64,000 nt of DNA, from the NCBI GenBank assembly GCA_035221665.1, contig CM069139.1:2790001-2854000 (forward strand), written 5' to 3'. Below the pieces are notes generated by a model. It saw nothing but the letters and a program-made list of their open reading frames with translations, made no database searches and was not told where the DNA came from. Source of the DNA: Okamejei kenojei (Eukaryota). Shown here one piece after another: positions 26,601-39,454 of the stretch; within the stretch, counting starts at the first letter, position 1, and every line of letters begins with the position of its first letter. The position numbers and the translations under genes were made by a program.

Positions 26601-29600
26601 CCTGCATGCCTACTTTCAATGACTGGTGTACCATGACACCCAGGTCTCGTTGCATCACCCCTTTTCCTAATCGGCCACCATTCAGATAATAGTCTACTTT
26701 CCTGTTTTTGCCACCAAAGTGATAACCTCACATTTATCCACATTATACTGCATCATCTGCCATGCCATTGCCACTCACCCAGTATATCCAAGTCACCTTG
26801 CAGCCTCCTAGTATCCTCCTCACAGCTATACACTGCCCCCCCACAGCTCGTAGCATCATCCACAAACTCGGAGATGTTGCATTCAATTCCCTCATCCAGA
26901 TAATTAATATATATTGTAAATAGCTGGGGTCACAGCACAGAGCCTTGTGGTACCGCACTAGTCACTGCCTGCCATTCTGAAAAGGACCTGTTTACGCCTA
27001 CCCTTTGCTTCCTGTCTGCCGGCCAGTTCTCTATCCACATCAATACTGAACTTTCAATACCGTGTGCTTTAAGTTTGCATACTAATCTCTTATGTGGGAC
27101 CTTGTCGAAAGCCTTCTGAAAGTCCAGATATAACACATCCACTGGTTCTCCCTTATCCACTACTAGTTACATGCTCGAAAAATTCTATAAGATTCGTCAG
27201 ACATGATTTACCTTTCGTAAATCCATGCTGACCTTGTCCAATGATTTCACCACTTTCCAAATGCGGCGCTATCCCATCTTTAATAACTAGCAGTTTCCCC
27301 ACTACCGATGTTAGACTAACTGGTCTGTAATTCCCTGTTTTCTCGCTCCCTCCCTTTTTAAAAAGTGGGGTTACATTAGTTACCCTCCAATCCTCAGGAA
27401 CTACTCCAGAATCTAAAGAGTTTTGAAAAATTATCACTAATGCATCCACTATTTCTGGGGCTACTTCCTTAAGTACTCTGGGATCCAGCCTATCTGGTCC
27501 TGGGGATTTATCGGCCCTTAATCCATTCAATTTACTTAACACCACTTCCCGGCTAACCTGGATTTCCTTAGTGAAGACAGAACCAAAGTAGTTATTCAAT
27601 TGGTCTGCCATGTCCTTGTTCCCCATGATCAACTCACCTGTTTCTGACTGCAAGGGACCTACATTTGTTTTAACTAATCTTTTTCTCTTCACATATCTAT
27701 AAAAACTTTTGCAGTTAGTTTTTATGTTCCCTGCCAGTTTTCTTTCATAATCTATTTTCCCTTTCCTAATTAACCCCTTTGTTCTCCTCTGCTGGACTCT
27801 GAATTTCTCCCAGTCCTCTGGTAGGCTGCTTTTTCTGTCTAATTTGTATGCTTCATCTTTCGTTTTGATACTATCCCTGATTTCCCTTGTTATCCACAGA
27901 TACACTACCTTCCCTGATTTATTCTTTTGCCAAACTGGGATGAACAATTGTTGTAGTTCATCCATGCAGTCTTTAAATGTCTTCCATTGTATATCCACCG
28001 TCTACCCTTTAAGAATCACTTACCAGTCTATCTTGGCCAATTCACGTCTCATACCCTCAAAGTTACCTTTCTTTAAGTTCAGAACCCTTGTTTCTGAATT
28101 AACAATGTCACTCTCCATCCTAATGAAGAAATCAACCATATTATAGTCACTCTTGCCCAAGGGGGCACGCACAACAAGGCTGCTAACTAACCCTTCCTCA
28201 TTACTCAATACCCAGTCTAGAATAGCCTGCTCTCTCGTTGGTTCCTCTACATGTTGGTTTAGAAAACTATCCCGCATACATTCCAAGAAATCCTCATCCT
28301 CAGCACCCCTGCCCATTTGATTCACCCAATCTATATGTAGATTGAAGTCACCCATTATAACGGTTTTACCTTAGTTGCACGCATTTCTAATTTCCTTTTT
28401 GATGCCATCCCCAACTCCACTACTACTGTTAGGTGGCCTGTACACAACACCCACTAGCGTTTTCTGCCCCTTAGTGTTTCGCAGCTCTAACCATATCGAT
28501 TCCACATCCTCCAAGCTAATGTCCTTCCTTTCTATTGCGTTAATCATTGCGTTAAACCAGCAACGCTACCCCACCTCCTTTTCCTCTCTGTCTATTCCTC
28601 CTGAATATTGAATACCCCTGGATGTTCAGCTCCCAGCCTTGGTCACCCTGGAGCCATGTCTCCGTGATCCCAACTATATCATATTCATTAATAACTATCT
28701 GCACATTCAACTCATCCACCTTATTACGAATGCTCCTTGCATTGAGTTACAAAGCCTTCAGGCTTGTTTTTACAACACGCTTACCCCTTATACAATTATG
28801 TTGAAAAGAGGCCCTTTTTGATTTATGCCCTGGATTTGTCTGCCTGCCATTTTTATTTTTCACCTTGCTACCTATTGCTTCTGCCCTCATTTTACACCCC
28901 TCTGTCTCTCTGCTCATGCTCCCATCCCCCTGCCACATTAGTTTAAATTCTCCCCGACAGCACTAGTAAACATTCCCTCAAGGACATTGGTTCCATTCCA
29001 GCCCAGGTGCAGACCGTCCTGTTTGTACTGGTCCCACTTACCCCAGAACTAGTTCCAATGCCCTAGAAATTCCCTACCTTCCCCTGATGAGCCATCTCCC
29101 CCAACAGTATCCAACATGGTATATCTGTTTAGGAGGGAGATGACCGCAGGGGACTCCTGCACTACCTGCCTACTGCTACACTGGCTAATGGCTACCCGTT
29201 CCTTTTCTGTTCACTTACCTTTTACCTGCGGTGTGACCAACTTACTGTACGTGCTATTCACGACTTTCTCAGCATCGTGGATGCTCCAGTATGAATCCAA
29301 CCATAGCTGCAATCGTTCATTGCGGTCTGCCAGGAGCTGCAGCTGGACACACTTCCTGCAAACGTAGTCACCCGGGACACCGACCATATCCCTGATCTCC
29401 CACATGTTGCAGGATGAGCAAACCATGGGGCTGACATAGCTGACATAGCTTAACTCACAGTACCCTTAACTCACTGAACCCTTAACCAGAAAGCAGAAAT
29501 GCAAACCTGGGGTTGCTCCCAATCAGCTGCTTCCTCTAGTCCGCTTCCACCAATCTGCGGCTTCCACCAGAACACTTCCTTTGAAGTGTGATGGAACATT

Positions 29601-29724
29601 ACAGATTGGGTCCTCCTCCTCTTGCTCCAACGGCTCCTGGGCCTCTGTGGAGCAAAGCCCCGCGCTCGATTTTATAACTAACCGCCCGGAAACTCCTCCT
29701 CTTGCTCCAACGGCTTCTGGGCCT
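23625..29724 (-). mobile_element. Near full-length, internally deleted CR1 LINE
   Basis: ORF1 zinc finger/leucine zipper (VCSSCNMWE...YVCRKCVQLQLL) and esterase end (DGLHL). ORF2 APE (MGDFN...LDWVL..SDYN) and RT (KSPGPD, NYRPVSLTSVVGK, LDFQKAFDKVPH, VPQGSVL). 3' UTR ends in a TTTCTATG-type tail. Confidence 0.93.
24073..26389 (+). mobile_element. 5'-truncated CR1 LINE inserted into the minus-strand CR1
   Basis: RT motifs (NYRPISLTSVVG, YADD) and a (GTTATATG)n tail. ATATG occurs at both junctions, and the host CR1 reads through when it is removed. Confidence 0.92.
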
Positions 29725-30610
29725 CAAGGTCAGTAAAACCACATTCACAGTTTAGTAGACATGTGTTCAGTGTTATTCACAGCTCAGACTGAGAGACGTG
29801 GCCCTCTCGCTCCCCCATCTTGCAGAGACTGACTGAGGCACTCTACACATCCGGGTTTTATAGTCCCTCCTGAAGGGGCGTGGCCTTCAGGAGAGAGAAT
29901 CTCAACATTTTTAAAACACTAATAACTCTTTTATTTTTCATCGATGGGAAAAATCCTCTTGTCCTGCACAGCGGAGGGGGACTCTGAGTAAGATGGCCAA
30001 AAATCACAGCCGTAAGTGGCAGCGTTTGTTCTAAAATCAATATGCAGATCAACAGGAAGTGGTCAAGATCAGACTTTTAGTAATTTAGTAAATACATAAT
30101 TATATATGATTATTGTCATATTCACAAGTCATATATATATATATATATATATATACACACTAAGATGGTATAATAATATATGGTTTAAATCGACTGCAAC
30201 ACGGAATTAGGCTCCCAAGGTGTAATATGGGCATTGGACACTAGATGGCGGTCACTTTTACAATCTCATTTTCTAATTAGTTTAATTAATTAATGTGCAA
30301 CCTTTTGGAACTGATGAGTTATGACTTACTTCTTAATTATATTTTATCTAAACCTGTGCAAAACTTCATGTAGTTCCGACACACGGGTCACGAATGTTAA
30401 ATTCTAGACACATTTTTGATGCTTGGCCCACAGCCGACAGCCCAAGCCCACTACCTGATCACCACCCCCCCCCCCCCCCCCGCTGCCTCTACCTACCCCC
30501 CCCCCCCCACCCCACCCCACCCCCACCACCACCTCCATCCTCACCCTTCCCCTGCTTACATCAGAACTGCAGTGAGATCAAAAGGGTGAAGCAATGAAAG
30601 GTAAACTTAC

Positions 30611-30648
30611 CGCATGTGGTAAAGTGTGGTCAACCACGAACAAAAGCC
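30611..30648 (-). CDS. TMEM63C: TMEM63C coding exon 4
   Basis: 38-nt exon translating GFCSWLTTLYHMR; ctgcAG acceptor and GTAAGT donor. Confidence 0.9.
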
Positions 30649-31012
30649 CTGCAGACAGAACAAAGCCACGCTCAGAAATCCACAACTCAAAGTGAAGACA
30701 CAGCTCAGGTAGTTCAGCAACAATGAAATGATTGTAAAGGAGTCTCACATTCACTGGGGTGACCTGTTCAAAGTTCCCGGGACTGGTGGGGTCACACCGG
30801 GCTTATAGGGATCTCTGGGATGGAGGAATGGGACAGGTGTATGCAGCTGGGATGGCCAATCTCCCTGGACTGGGACAGGTGGGTTCACACCTGGGATATA
30901 GGGATCTCTGGGATATAGACCCCACTCGGCCAAGGAATGGGACAGGTGTAGGCAACAGGGATCATCAATCCCCTTGGACTGGTACAGGCGAGGGCAGAGG
31001 CAGGAGATTGAT

Positions 31013-31254
31013 CTGCACCAGCACCCTGCACCAGCACACTGCACCAGCACACTGCACCAGCACACTGCACCAGCACACTGCACCAGCACACTGCACCAGC
31101 ACACTGCACCAGCACCCTGCACCAGCACCCTGCACCAGCACCCTGCACCAGCACCCTGCACCAGCACCCTGCACCAGCACACTGCACCAGCACCAGCACA
31201 CTGCACCAGCACACTGCACCAGCACACTGCACCAGCACACTGCACCAGCACACT
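31013..31254 (+). repeat. 13-bp minisatellite GCACCAGCAC(A/C)CT
   Basis: About 18 near-perfect copies. Confidence 0.97.
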
Positions 31255-31393
31255 GAGAAACAGGCCCTCCAGCCCAACTCATCCATGCTGCCCAACATGC
31301 CCCATCTATGCTGCTCCTATTTCCCACAGTTGCTCCATATCCTTCTAAACCTTTCCGATTCATGTGCCTGGCCAAATGTCTTTTAAACGTTGC

Positions 31394-32281
31394 AGCATGG
31401 AGCCACATCACAGTCCCAGCATGGAGTGATCACACAGCCCCAGCATGGAGTGATCACACAGCCCCAGCATGGAGCCACATCACAGTCCCAGCATGGAGCC
31501 ACCACACAGCCCCAGCATGGAGCCACCACACAGCCCCAGCATGGAGTGATCACACAGCCCCAGCATGGAGTGATCACACAGCCCCAGCATGGAGTGATCA
31601 CACAGCCCCAGCATGGAGCCACATCACAGTCCCAGCATGGAGCCACCACACAGCCCCAGCATGGAGTCACATCACAGCCCCAGCATGGAGTCACCACACA
31701 GCCCCAGCATGGAGCCACCACACAGCCCCAGCATGGAGCCACCACACAGCCCCAGCATGGAGTCACATCACAGCCCCAGCATGGAGCCACCACACAGCCC
31801 CAGCATGGAGTCACATCACAGCCCCAGCATGGAGCCACCACACAGCCCCAGCATGGAGTCACATCACAGCCCCAGCATGGAGCCACATCACAGCCCCAGC
31901 ATGGTCACATCACAGCCCCAGCATGGAGCCACATCACAGCCCCAGAATGGAGTCACATCACAGCCCCAGCATGGAGTGATCACACAGCCCCAGCATGGAG
32001 CCACATCACAGTCCCAGCATGGAGTCACATCACAGCCCCAGCATGGAGTGATCACACAGCCCCAGCATGGAGCCACAACACAGCCCCAGCATGGAGCCAC
32101 CACACAGCCCCAGCATGGAGCCACCACACAGCCCCAGCATGGAGCCACCACACAGCCCCAGCATGGAGCCACCACACAGCCCCAGCATGGAGCCACCACA
32201 CAGCCCCAGCATGGAGCCACCACGCAGCCCCAGCATGGAGCCACCACACAGCCCCAGCATGGAGCCACCACACAGCTCCAG
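31394..32281 (+). repeat. 24-bp minisatellite CAGCATGGAGCCACCACACAGCCC
   Basis: About 37 copies with a few variant types. Confidence 0.97.
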
Positions 32282-32534
32282 TTCCTACAACACTGTCCAC
32301 GCCAAACACCCATCAAACACCCATTGATGCCAGGACTAAAGCAGGAGCTCTGGATCTGTGAGGTAGCAGCAGCATCAGCCCCTTTCCTTGAGGAACGATC
32401 TCAATCACAAAACATTAACTTCTCTTCCCACAGATGCAGCCTCTCCTGCTGAGACCTCCCAGCATTCTCTATTTTATCTCAGATATACAACATCTGCACT
32501 ATTTTTGCTGGGTCAGTTGATGAGAGATAGAGTT

Positions 32535-33070
32535 TTTGAGGCATAGAGTGTCCAGCATGGAAACAGCTCTGTTCACCCACCTTATCCATGATAACCAATT
32601 TACCACCTGGGATAGTTCCATTTACCTGCACTTGGCCCATAGTTGAGGGGACGGGACCCAACAGGTCCCACTTGGCCCATTGTCCTTTAAACCCTTCATC
32701 TCCATATACGTATCTGTCCAAATGTGTTCCGAGTTGTAATTGCATCTTCTTCCACAGCTTCCTCTGGCAGCTCGTTCCAGATACGGACTACCCTCCGAGT
32801 GATAACGTTTCCCCTGAGATCCCTCTTAAATCTCTCCTCTCTCACCTCAAGCCTATGCCCTCTAGTTTTAGAATCTTTGGGAAAGGGAAGGCTGTGAGCA
32901 TTCTCGTTGTCCATTCCCCTCATGGTCTTGTACACCTCAATAAGGTCACCCCTCAGCCTCCTACACTCCACATGCCAGCCTATCCAACTCTGTCAGTCAC
33001 CCACGAGCCCAGCTAACATCCTGGTCAATCTCTTTTGTCCAACAATGTTCTCCTTCCTGTAACTGGGCAC
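32535..33070 (-). mobile_element. CR1 3' fragment
   Basis: RRLRGDLIEVYK...SKTRGHRL...WNELP. Confidence 0.85.
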
Positions 33071-33343
33071 CAGAAATAATCAGCAAGTAGGCTTTCCCCG
33101 AGTAAAGGATTCTAAAACTAGAAGGTATAACTAGAGGGTACAGCACTCCAAGTGTGGAAATACATTACATTTAATTGAAGAAGCAATAGTTTAATGCTCG
33201 TTATAGCCAGCAGGGAGTGTATGATAGTTTGAAAACTCCACAACAAGTAGCTGGACTGGATGTGAGTGACATGGAGCTGGTCACTACCTGGTACAGATTC
33301 ATACGGGGAAGAGGCAATGCTGAGGCTGCGTAAGTCCACTCAC

Positions 33344-33431
33344 CACGTCCTTACTCTCCAGTTCTGTGGGGCTGGTTTCAGAGGAGCATTTCTCCTTTTC
33401 ATTCTGTTCTCCGTAAAACAGGGAGGTGAGG
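33344..33431 (-). CDS. TMEM63C: TMEM63C coding exon 3
   Basis: Translates SLTSLFYGEQNEKEKCSSETSPTELESKDV; ctgcAG acceptor and GTGAGT donor. The segment is characteristic of the C paralogue. Confidence 0.93.
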
Positions 33432-33999
33432 CTGCAGAGAGCAAAGAGAGCTGTAAACACAGCAGCACACTCAGACCCCTGAAGGCTCGGTGAATGACAG
33501 CGGGACCAACATGCAAGCAAGGCAATGTGGACACAGCAAGAACATAATGCACGAGAGAAGCAGGAAGAGGTAGTTCATCCCCAGAGCCAGCCCACCCCTC
33601 AGAGTCAGAGTCATGGTCATATGCACAGAAACAGGCCACTCGGCCCCACCCCGTCATGCTAGGCAAGGTGCCTTCCTGAGATAGACCTACTCTCATGCAT
33701 ATGAGAGCCGTATCTCTCTAAACTTTTCCTATCCCTGTATCCATGTACGCCCAAACCTCTTCCAGACGTTGGTACAGTACCTGCCTCACCTACTTCCTGC
33801 AGCAACTCATTCCATACACCCACCACCCTGTGTGAAAAACCCTCACATCCTTTTAAATCTTTTCATTCACACACTTTTTGCCCTTTCATCTCTGGCCTTT
33901 GTCCAATCAAACCCTCACCTGTATCCACCTATCAGTGGCCGGGCTTCATCCTGCCCCTCCTCTCTTCCACATTTCTCCCCACCCCCACCCCCATGATGA

Positions 34000-34395
34000 A
34001 TCTGAAGAAGAGTCCCGACTTGAAATCACCTGTCCACGTTCCCCACAGATGCTGCCTGACCCGCTGCGTTACTCCAGCACTCTGTGTCCACGTTCCCCAC
34101 AGATGCTGCCTGACCCGCTGAGTTACTCCAGCACTCTGTGAAACGTCACCTATCCATGTTCCCCACAGATGCTGCCTGACCCGCTGAGTTACTCGAACAC
34201 TCTGTGAAACGTCACCTATCCATGTTCTCCACAGATGCTGCCTGACCCACTGCGTTACTCCAGCACTCTGTGAAACGTCACCTATCCATGTTCCCCACAG
34301 ATGCTGCCTGACCCGCTGAGTTACTCCAGCACTCTGTGAAACGTCACCTATCCATGTTCTCCACAGATGCTGCCTGACCTGCTGAGTTACTCTTA
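34000..34395 (+). repeat. Tandem array (about 66-bp unit) derived from a Penelope-type 3' end
   Basis: Repeated TGAAACGTCACCTATCCATGTTCTCCACAGATGCTGCCTGACCCGCTGAGTTACTCCAGCACTCTG. Confidence 0.85.
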
Positions 34396-34406
34396 AACTG
34401 TGACCC

Positions 34407-35185
34407 CTAGTTCAGGAACATTTTTCCTGCATCTAGCCTGTCCAATCCTTTAAGAATTTTACATGTTTCTATAAGATCTCCTCTCATCCTTCTAAATTCC
34501 AATGAATACAAGCCCAGTCGACCCATTCTTTCATCATATGACAGTCCCATCATCCCGGGGATTAACCTGGTGACCCTGCGCTGCACTCCCTCAATAGCAA
34601 AAATGTCCTTCCTCAAATTAGGAGACCAAAACTGCACACAATATTCCAGGTGTGGTCTCACTAGGACCCTGTACAACTGCAGAAGGACCTCTTTGCTCCT
34701 ATACTCAAATCCTCTCGTTATAAAGGCCAACATGCCATTAGCTTTCTTCACTGCCTGCTGTACCTGCATGCTTACTTTCAGTGACTGATGTACAAGCACA
34801 CCCAGGTCTCGTTGCACCTCCCCTTCTCCTAATCTGACACCATTCAGATAATAATCTGCCTTCCTGTTCTTGCCGCCAAAGTGGATAGCCTCACATTTAT
34901 CCCCATTATACTGCATGTGCCCACTCATCCAACCTATCCACGTCACCTTACAAGCTCACAGCATCCTCCTCGCAGCTCACACTGCCACCCAGCTTTGTGT
35001 CATCCGCAAACTTAGAGATGTCACATTTAAATCCCTAATATAATTAATATAATTTATTATATAAATTATTATTAATTTATTATATATATTAATATAAACC
35101 ATTAATATATATTGTAAATAACTGGGATCCCAGCATCGAGCCTTGCTGCACCCACTAGTCACTGCCTGCCATTCTGAAAAGGACA
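34407..35185 (-). mobile_element. CR1 RT fragment
   Basis: ORF QRDLGVLVH...RPHLEYCVQFWSP. Confidence 0.9.
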
Positions 35186-35299
35186 GGGGCCGTTGGAGTG
35201 GTGTCTGTGAGGAACTGTAGGGTTAGGGTCCACGAGGCCCGACCCTGGACAGGGGGTGTTGGGAGTGGTGACCGTGAGGACTGAGCAAAGGGCAAGCAC

Positions 35300-35379
35300 C
35301 TGTCATTGTCCATCAGCAGAGCCAGGCGTCCATAGTCCCAGGCAGCCTTGCGGAGGCAGGAGAAGACAAACAGCAGCAC
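35300..35379 (-). CDS. TMEM63C: TMEM63C coding exon 2
   Basis: Translates VLLFVFSCLRKAAWDYGRLALLMDND; AG/GT bounded; 80 nt. Confidence 0.95.
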
Positions 35380-35823
35380 CTGCGATGCAGGAAGACACCG
35401 TTAACACCCACAAACATGTCACTGTGCACTCTGGTTTGTCACTGGTACTCATCTGTATCAAGGTGCAGGGAAAAACGTTGTCTACGTGCTATACAATCAA
35501 ATCAAATCTTACTGTACGTGATTACAATCAAACCATACACAATACGACAACAAGACAAAGACCAGAGAGCAGTTACATCATCGCACAGTTACAGGGGAAG
35601 TGTAAATAGTGGGAGGTGGAGACCTTTGTCACTTTGTGGCCCCTTATTCAAGATGACTGAGATCATAAGGTCATCAGGAATAGGAGTAGAATTAGGCCAT
35701 TCAGCCCATCATGTACTCTGCCATCCAATCATGGCTGATCTATCTCTGCACGCCAGTGTTCCCGATGACGGACATGCAGAGGAGCCACTCCGAGCGCCAG
35801 TTCTTCTCTACAGGTGCAAACAT

Positions 35824-36145
35824 TTTGTTTAGTTTAGTTTGGAGATACAGCGTGGAAACAGGCCCTTCGGCCCACCGAGTCCGTGCCGACCGGCGATCCC
35901 GCACATTAACACTCTTCTACACCCACTAGGGACAATTTTTACATTTATCAAGCCAATTAACCTACAAACCTGCACGCCTTTGGAGTGTGGGAGGAAACCG
36001 AAGATCTCGGAGAAAACCCACGCCGGTCACGGGGAGAACGTGCAAACTCCGCACCAAGAGACAGCGCCCGTAGTCGGGATGGTACCGGGTTCCCGGCGCT
36101 GCGTTCCCTGTAAGGCAGTAACGCTTCCGCTGCTCCACCGGGACC
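35824..36145 (-). mobile_element. V-SINE (HE1-like), near full length
   Basis: tRNA-like head, V-core and a (CTAAA)n tail. Confidence 0.8.
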
Positions 36146-36366
36146 ACTCTATTCTAATTGTAGATTATTGAAATAAAAACAGAAAGAGCTGAAACACTGG
36201 GCAGGTCAGACGCACCCTGCAGATTGCAAACCAGAATTAATATTCCAGCTGAACCGTCCCTGGAATACAACGAGTTTCTTACTCCACCGTTGCTGCCTGA
36301 CCTGTTGACTAGACTTCAGATTGCCAATGGCTTTGTAGGGCAGAGGAAGTGAGGAAGGGTGCGTAC

Positions 36367-36570
36367 CAGCCAGAGGATGAAGTTGATGGCGAGGACAGTG
36401 GGGACGCCTCCAAAGGACAGGCCCTGTAGCACGGTGCTGCGTGACCTGGCGCTGTAACAGTGCTCCACCGTCTCGTTGGCCAGCGTGTTCAGGAAGCCCA
36501 GGATGCCCAGGATGTGTCCCGATTTGTCACTGGCAGCTTGGGGACTGTGTTGAAGTGTAGAGTCGTCCAT
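36367..36570 (-). CDS. TMEM63C: TMEM63C first coding exon (OSCA/TMEM63 osmo/mechanosensitive channel); exon acceptor at 36588
   Basis: Translates MDDSTLQ...[37 protein letters not shown]. Acceptor ttcctgcAG lies 18 nt upstream of the ATG; donor GTACGC. [15 protein letters not shown] is the TMEM63 signature. Confidence 0.93.
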
Positions 36571-36821
36571 CGAAAGTCTGCTGTGTACCTGCAGGAAGAA
36601 CAAAGCATGAGCAGGAATGCAGGTGAAGGTTTCCAGCAGACCGGTGGGGGGGGGGGGCAGTGAGACAAGGGACATACGGGAGAGGTACCGGGCCATATTG
36701 CCCTACTGCCCAATGTGATGCCTTCCACACTAGCCCTCACGTCCTACAGCACCGGTTCAGGCCCTTCAGCCCACAATACCGTTGCAACCACGTTGGCATA
36801 TTGGGCTAATCCCATTTCATA

Positions 36822-37362
36822 AGTATCATAAGTGATAGGAGCAGAATTAGGCCATTCAACCCATCAAGTTCACTCCACCATTCAATCATTGCTGATCTCT
36901 CTCTCCCTCCTAACCCCATTTTCCTGCCGTGTCCCCATAACCTCTGACACCTGTACTAATCAAGAATCTATCTATCTGCCTTAAAAATATCCACTGACTT
37001 GGCCTCCACAGCCTTCTGTGGCAACGAACTCCACAGGTTCACCACCCTCTGACTAAAGAAATTCCTCCTCATCTCCTCCCTAAAGGAACGTCCTTTAATT
37101 CTGAGGCTGTGCCCTCTGGTCCTGGACTGTCCCACTAGTGGAAACATCCTCTCCACATCCACTCTATCCAAGTCATTCACTATTCTGTAAGTTTCAAAGA
37201 GGTCCCTCCTCATTCTTCTAAACTCCAGCACGTACAAGCCCAGTACCGACAAACGCTCATCATATGTTAACCCACTCATCCTGGAATCATTCCTGTAAAC
37301 CTCCTCTGGACCCTCTTCAGAACCAGCACATCCTTCCTCGGATATGGGGCCCAAAACTGCTC
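36822..37362 (-). mobile_element. CR1 3' fragment
   Basis: LEFRRMRRDL...SRTRGHSLRIKG. Confidence 0.88.
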
Positions 37363-37908
37363 ATATTTGATTGCATTTTGCCTATTCCCTCTCAACCCTT
37401 CCTATGTATATCCATCCAAATGTCTGTTACTTCTCTAACTTCCTCTGGTAGTTCAGTCCAGTTCAGGTCATCCCTCCTACATCTCCCTCCTCTGCCCAGG
37501 GAGACAGACTGGGAGTGTTCACTATCCATGCCCCTCATAAAAGATCACCCGTCAGCCTCACACACTCCAAGTCCCAGCCTATCCAACCTCTCCCTGGAAC
37601 TCAAGCCCAGGTGACATCTGGTGAATTTCTTCTGCACCCTTTTCCAAATTAGTGACGTCATTCCTGCTGTTGGGTGAGCAGAGGTGCACGCAGAACTGCA
37701 AGTGTGGTCTCACCAAGGTCCTGTACAGCCGCTTCTTGATGTCCCAACTTTTGTTCAGTACCCTTCCCAATGAAGGCAAGTGTCCACAAACCTTCTTCAC
37801 CACATTGTCCACCTGACTCACCATCTTCAGGGAACCGTGCACCTGTTTCCCAGCAAGGCTCTACAAGACTCTACAAGGCCCTACCGTTTACTGTGTATGT
37901 CCCACAAG

Positions 37909-38105
37909 CACGGCTGTCTTAACAGCATTGCACTGGGGCACTCCAGCTTCTTTATGCTGAATCAAATATGTCGTCATGCACTAGCGATGTTCTTCTCCAT
38001 TTTCATGTTCTACAATAACATTCTGCAATACATAGATTAGCGTGGGGCCCCTATGCTCGTGGGCCCAGGCAACTACCCAGCGTGCCCATGCGCTAAGACG
38101 CCCTG
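37909..38105. mobile_element. hAT-type MITE (197 bp)
   Basis: Ends CACGGCTGTCTTA / CAGGGCGTCTTA (reverse complement); 8-bp TSD CCCACAAG / CCCACGAG. Confidence 0.7.
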
Positions 38106-38180
38106 CCCACGAGGCTCTACAGGGCCCTTAGTTTACGGTGTAAGTCCCAGCAAGGCTCTACAGAGCCCTACCGTATACCG

Positions 38181-38277
38181 TTGCAGTCTGAAGAAGGGTC
38201 TCGACCCGAAACGTCGCCTATCTCCTTCGCTCCTTAGATGCTGCTGCACCCGCTGAGTTTCTCCAGCTTTTTGTGTA
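38181..38277 (+). mobile_element. Short Penelope-type 3' fragment with a hammerhead-like motif
   Basis: CTGAAGAAGGGTCTCGACCCGAAACGTC at 38188-38215, flanked by duplicated CCCTACCGT. Confidence 0.75.
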
Positions 38278-39454
38278 CCCTACCGTTTATTGTCCTGCCC
38301 TGCTTTGACATACAAAAGTAATCACCTGACACTTGTCAATTAAATTCCATTTGCCGTTCCTTGGCCACATTCCCAAGCGATCCAGATCCTGTTGTGAAGA
38401 GATCTGTTTCCTGGCTACTGTACCTTCAATTAGTGTCATCTGTAAATTTACTAACAATGTTAACCTCATTGTTCTTAGTGTAGTGTTTGCTGTTGGGGTG
38501 GGTTTAGAATAAGATGACAGAATGATGGGTGACATAATGAGCTAGATGGGAAACTGGGAGTTAGTTAATGGGTAACAGCAAACGTGGAAGATGAACAAGG
38601 AGAAATGTCATTACGTCAGGAGTGGTGAAGCTGTGACCCACCGACCACAACAGGAGGCAGTAGAGGCCTTATCATTGGATATATTCTGCGAGTTAGAAAT
38701 GGCTAAAGAAGCAAAGGATATTGGGAGAATGCAGGAACAGGGTTTGCAACGTCAATGACAATAGATAATTGTCTATTACCATTGACATTATCAATGATCA
38801 ACCAATATCACATTGAATGGAGAAGCAACACGAGAGGCTAACGGACCTACTCCCGCAATTAAGAGTCATACACCACGGAAATAGGCCCTTCAGCCCAGTG
38901 GCTCCATGCTGACCAACATTCCCATCCAGGCTAGTGCCATTTGCCTGTATTTGGCCAATATCCCTCTAATGGCAGAATGTTGCTCCTCCTGGAGGCCTGT
39001 GACTAGTGGTGAGCCTCAGGGTTCCGTGCTGGGCCCGTTACTGTTTGTCATCTACATTAATGATTTGGAAGAGAACATACAGGACAAGATTAGCAAGTTT
39101 GCTGATGATATAAATGTGAGTGGTTTTGCAGATAGTGAAGCTGGTTGAGAAGAAAGGGGTGGCGTTTCAAGTCGAGACCCTTCTTTAGACTTCCCGTTCT
39201 TTCTCTCCAGAGGTGTCCCGCTGAGTTACTCCAGCATTTTGTGTCTACCTTCGATTTAAACCGGCATCTGCAGTTCCTTCCACCACACTGGTTGCGACAC
39301 GGTCTGGTTTTGATATTTCCAACTTACAGGAACGCAAGAGTGTGCAGAAGGTGGCGGACTGGTCCATTACCGCCACAGCCCTCCTCATCATCAAAAGCAT
39401 CCACCTGAGGCAGCTTTTCATTGTACCTCAGTACACATGACTATAAACTAAACT

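Larger units (their letters stand above)
22949..30089 (-). mobile_element. Non-autonomous Helitron-like element interrupted by nested CR1s
   Basis: The minus-strand 3' end is a GC hairpin (GGGCCCC-AAC-GGGTCCC) followed by ACTTAGT, CTAG and a flanking T. It contains an internal 48-bp array and resumes at about 29725 after the CR1. The putative 5' end TTACTAAAAG lies near 30074-30089. Confidence 0.6.

Noticed and set aside
31394-32281. CRISPR-like appearance of regular repeats (also 34000-34395 and 51037-51668)
   Set aside because: No unique spacers, no cas genes and a eukaryotic context.
30751-32452. Long repetitive ORFs (APAWSHHT, QPQHGATT)
   Set aside because: Translations of 13- and 24-bp intronic minisatellites, open in several frames on both strands.
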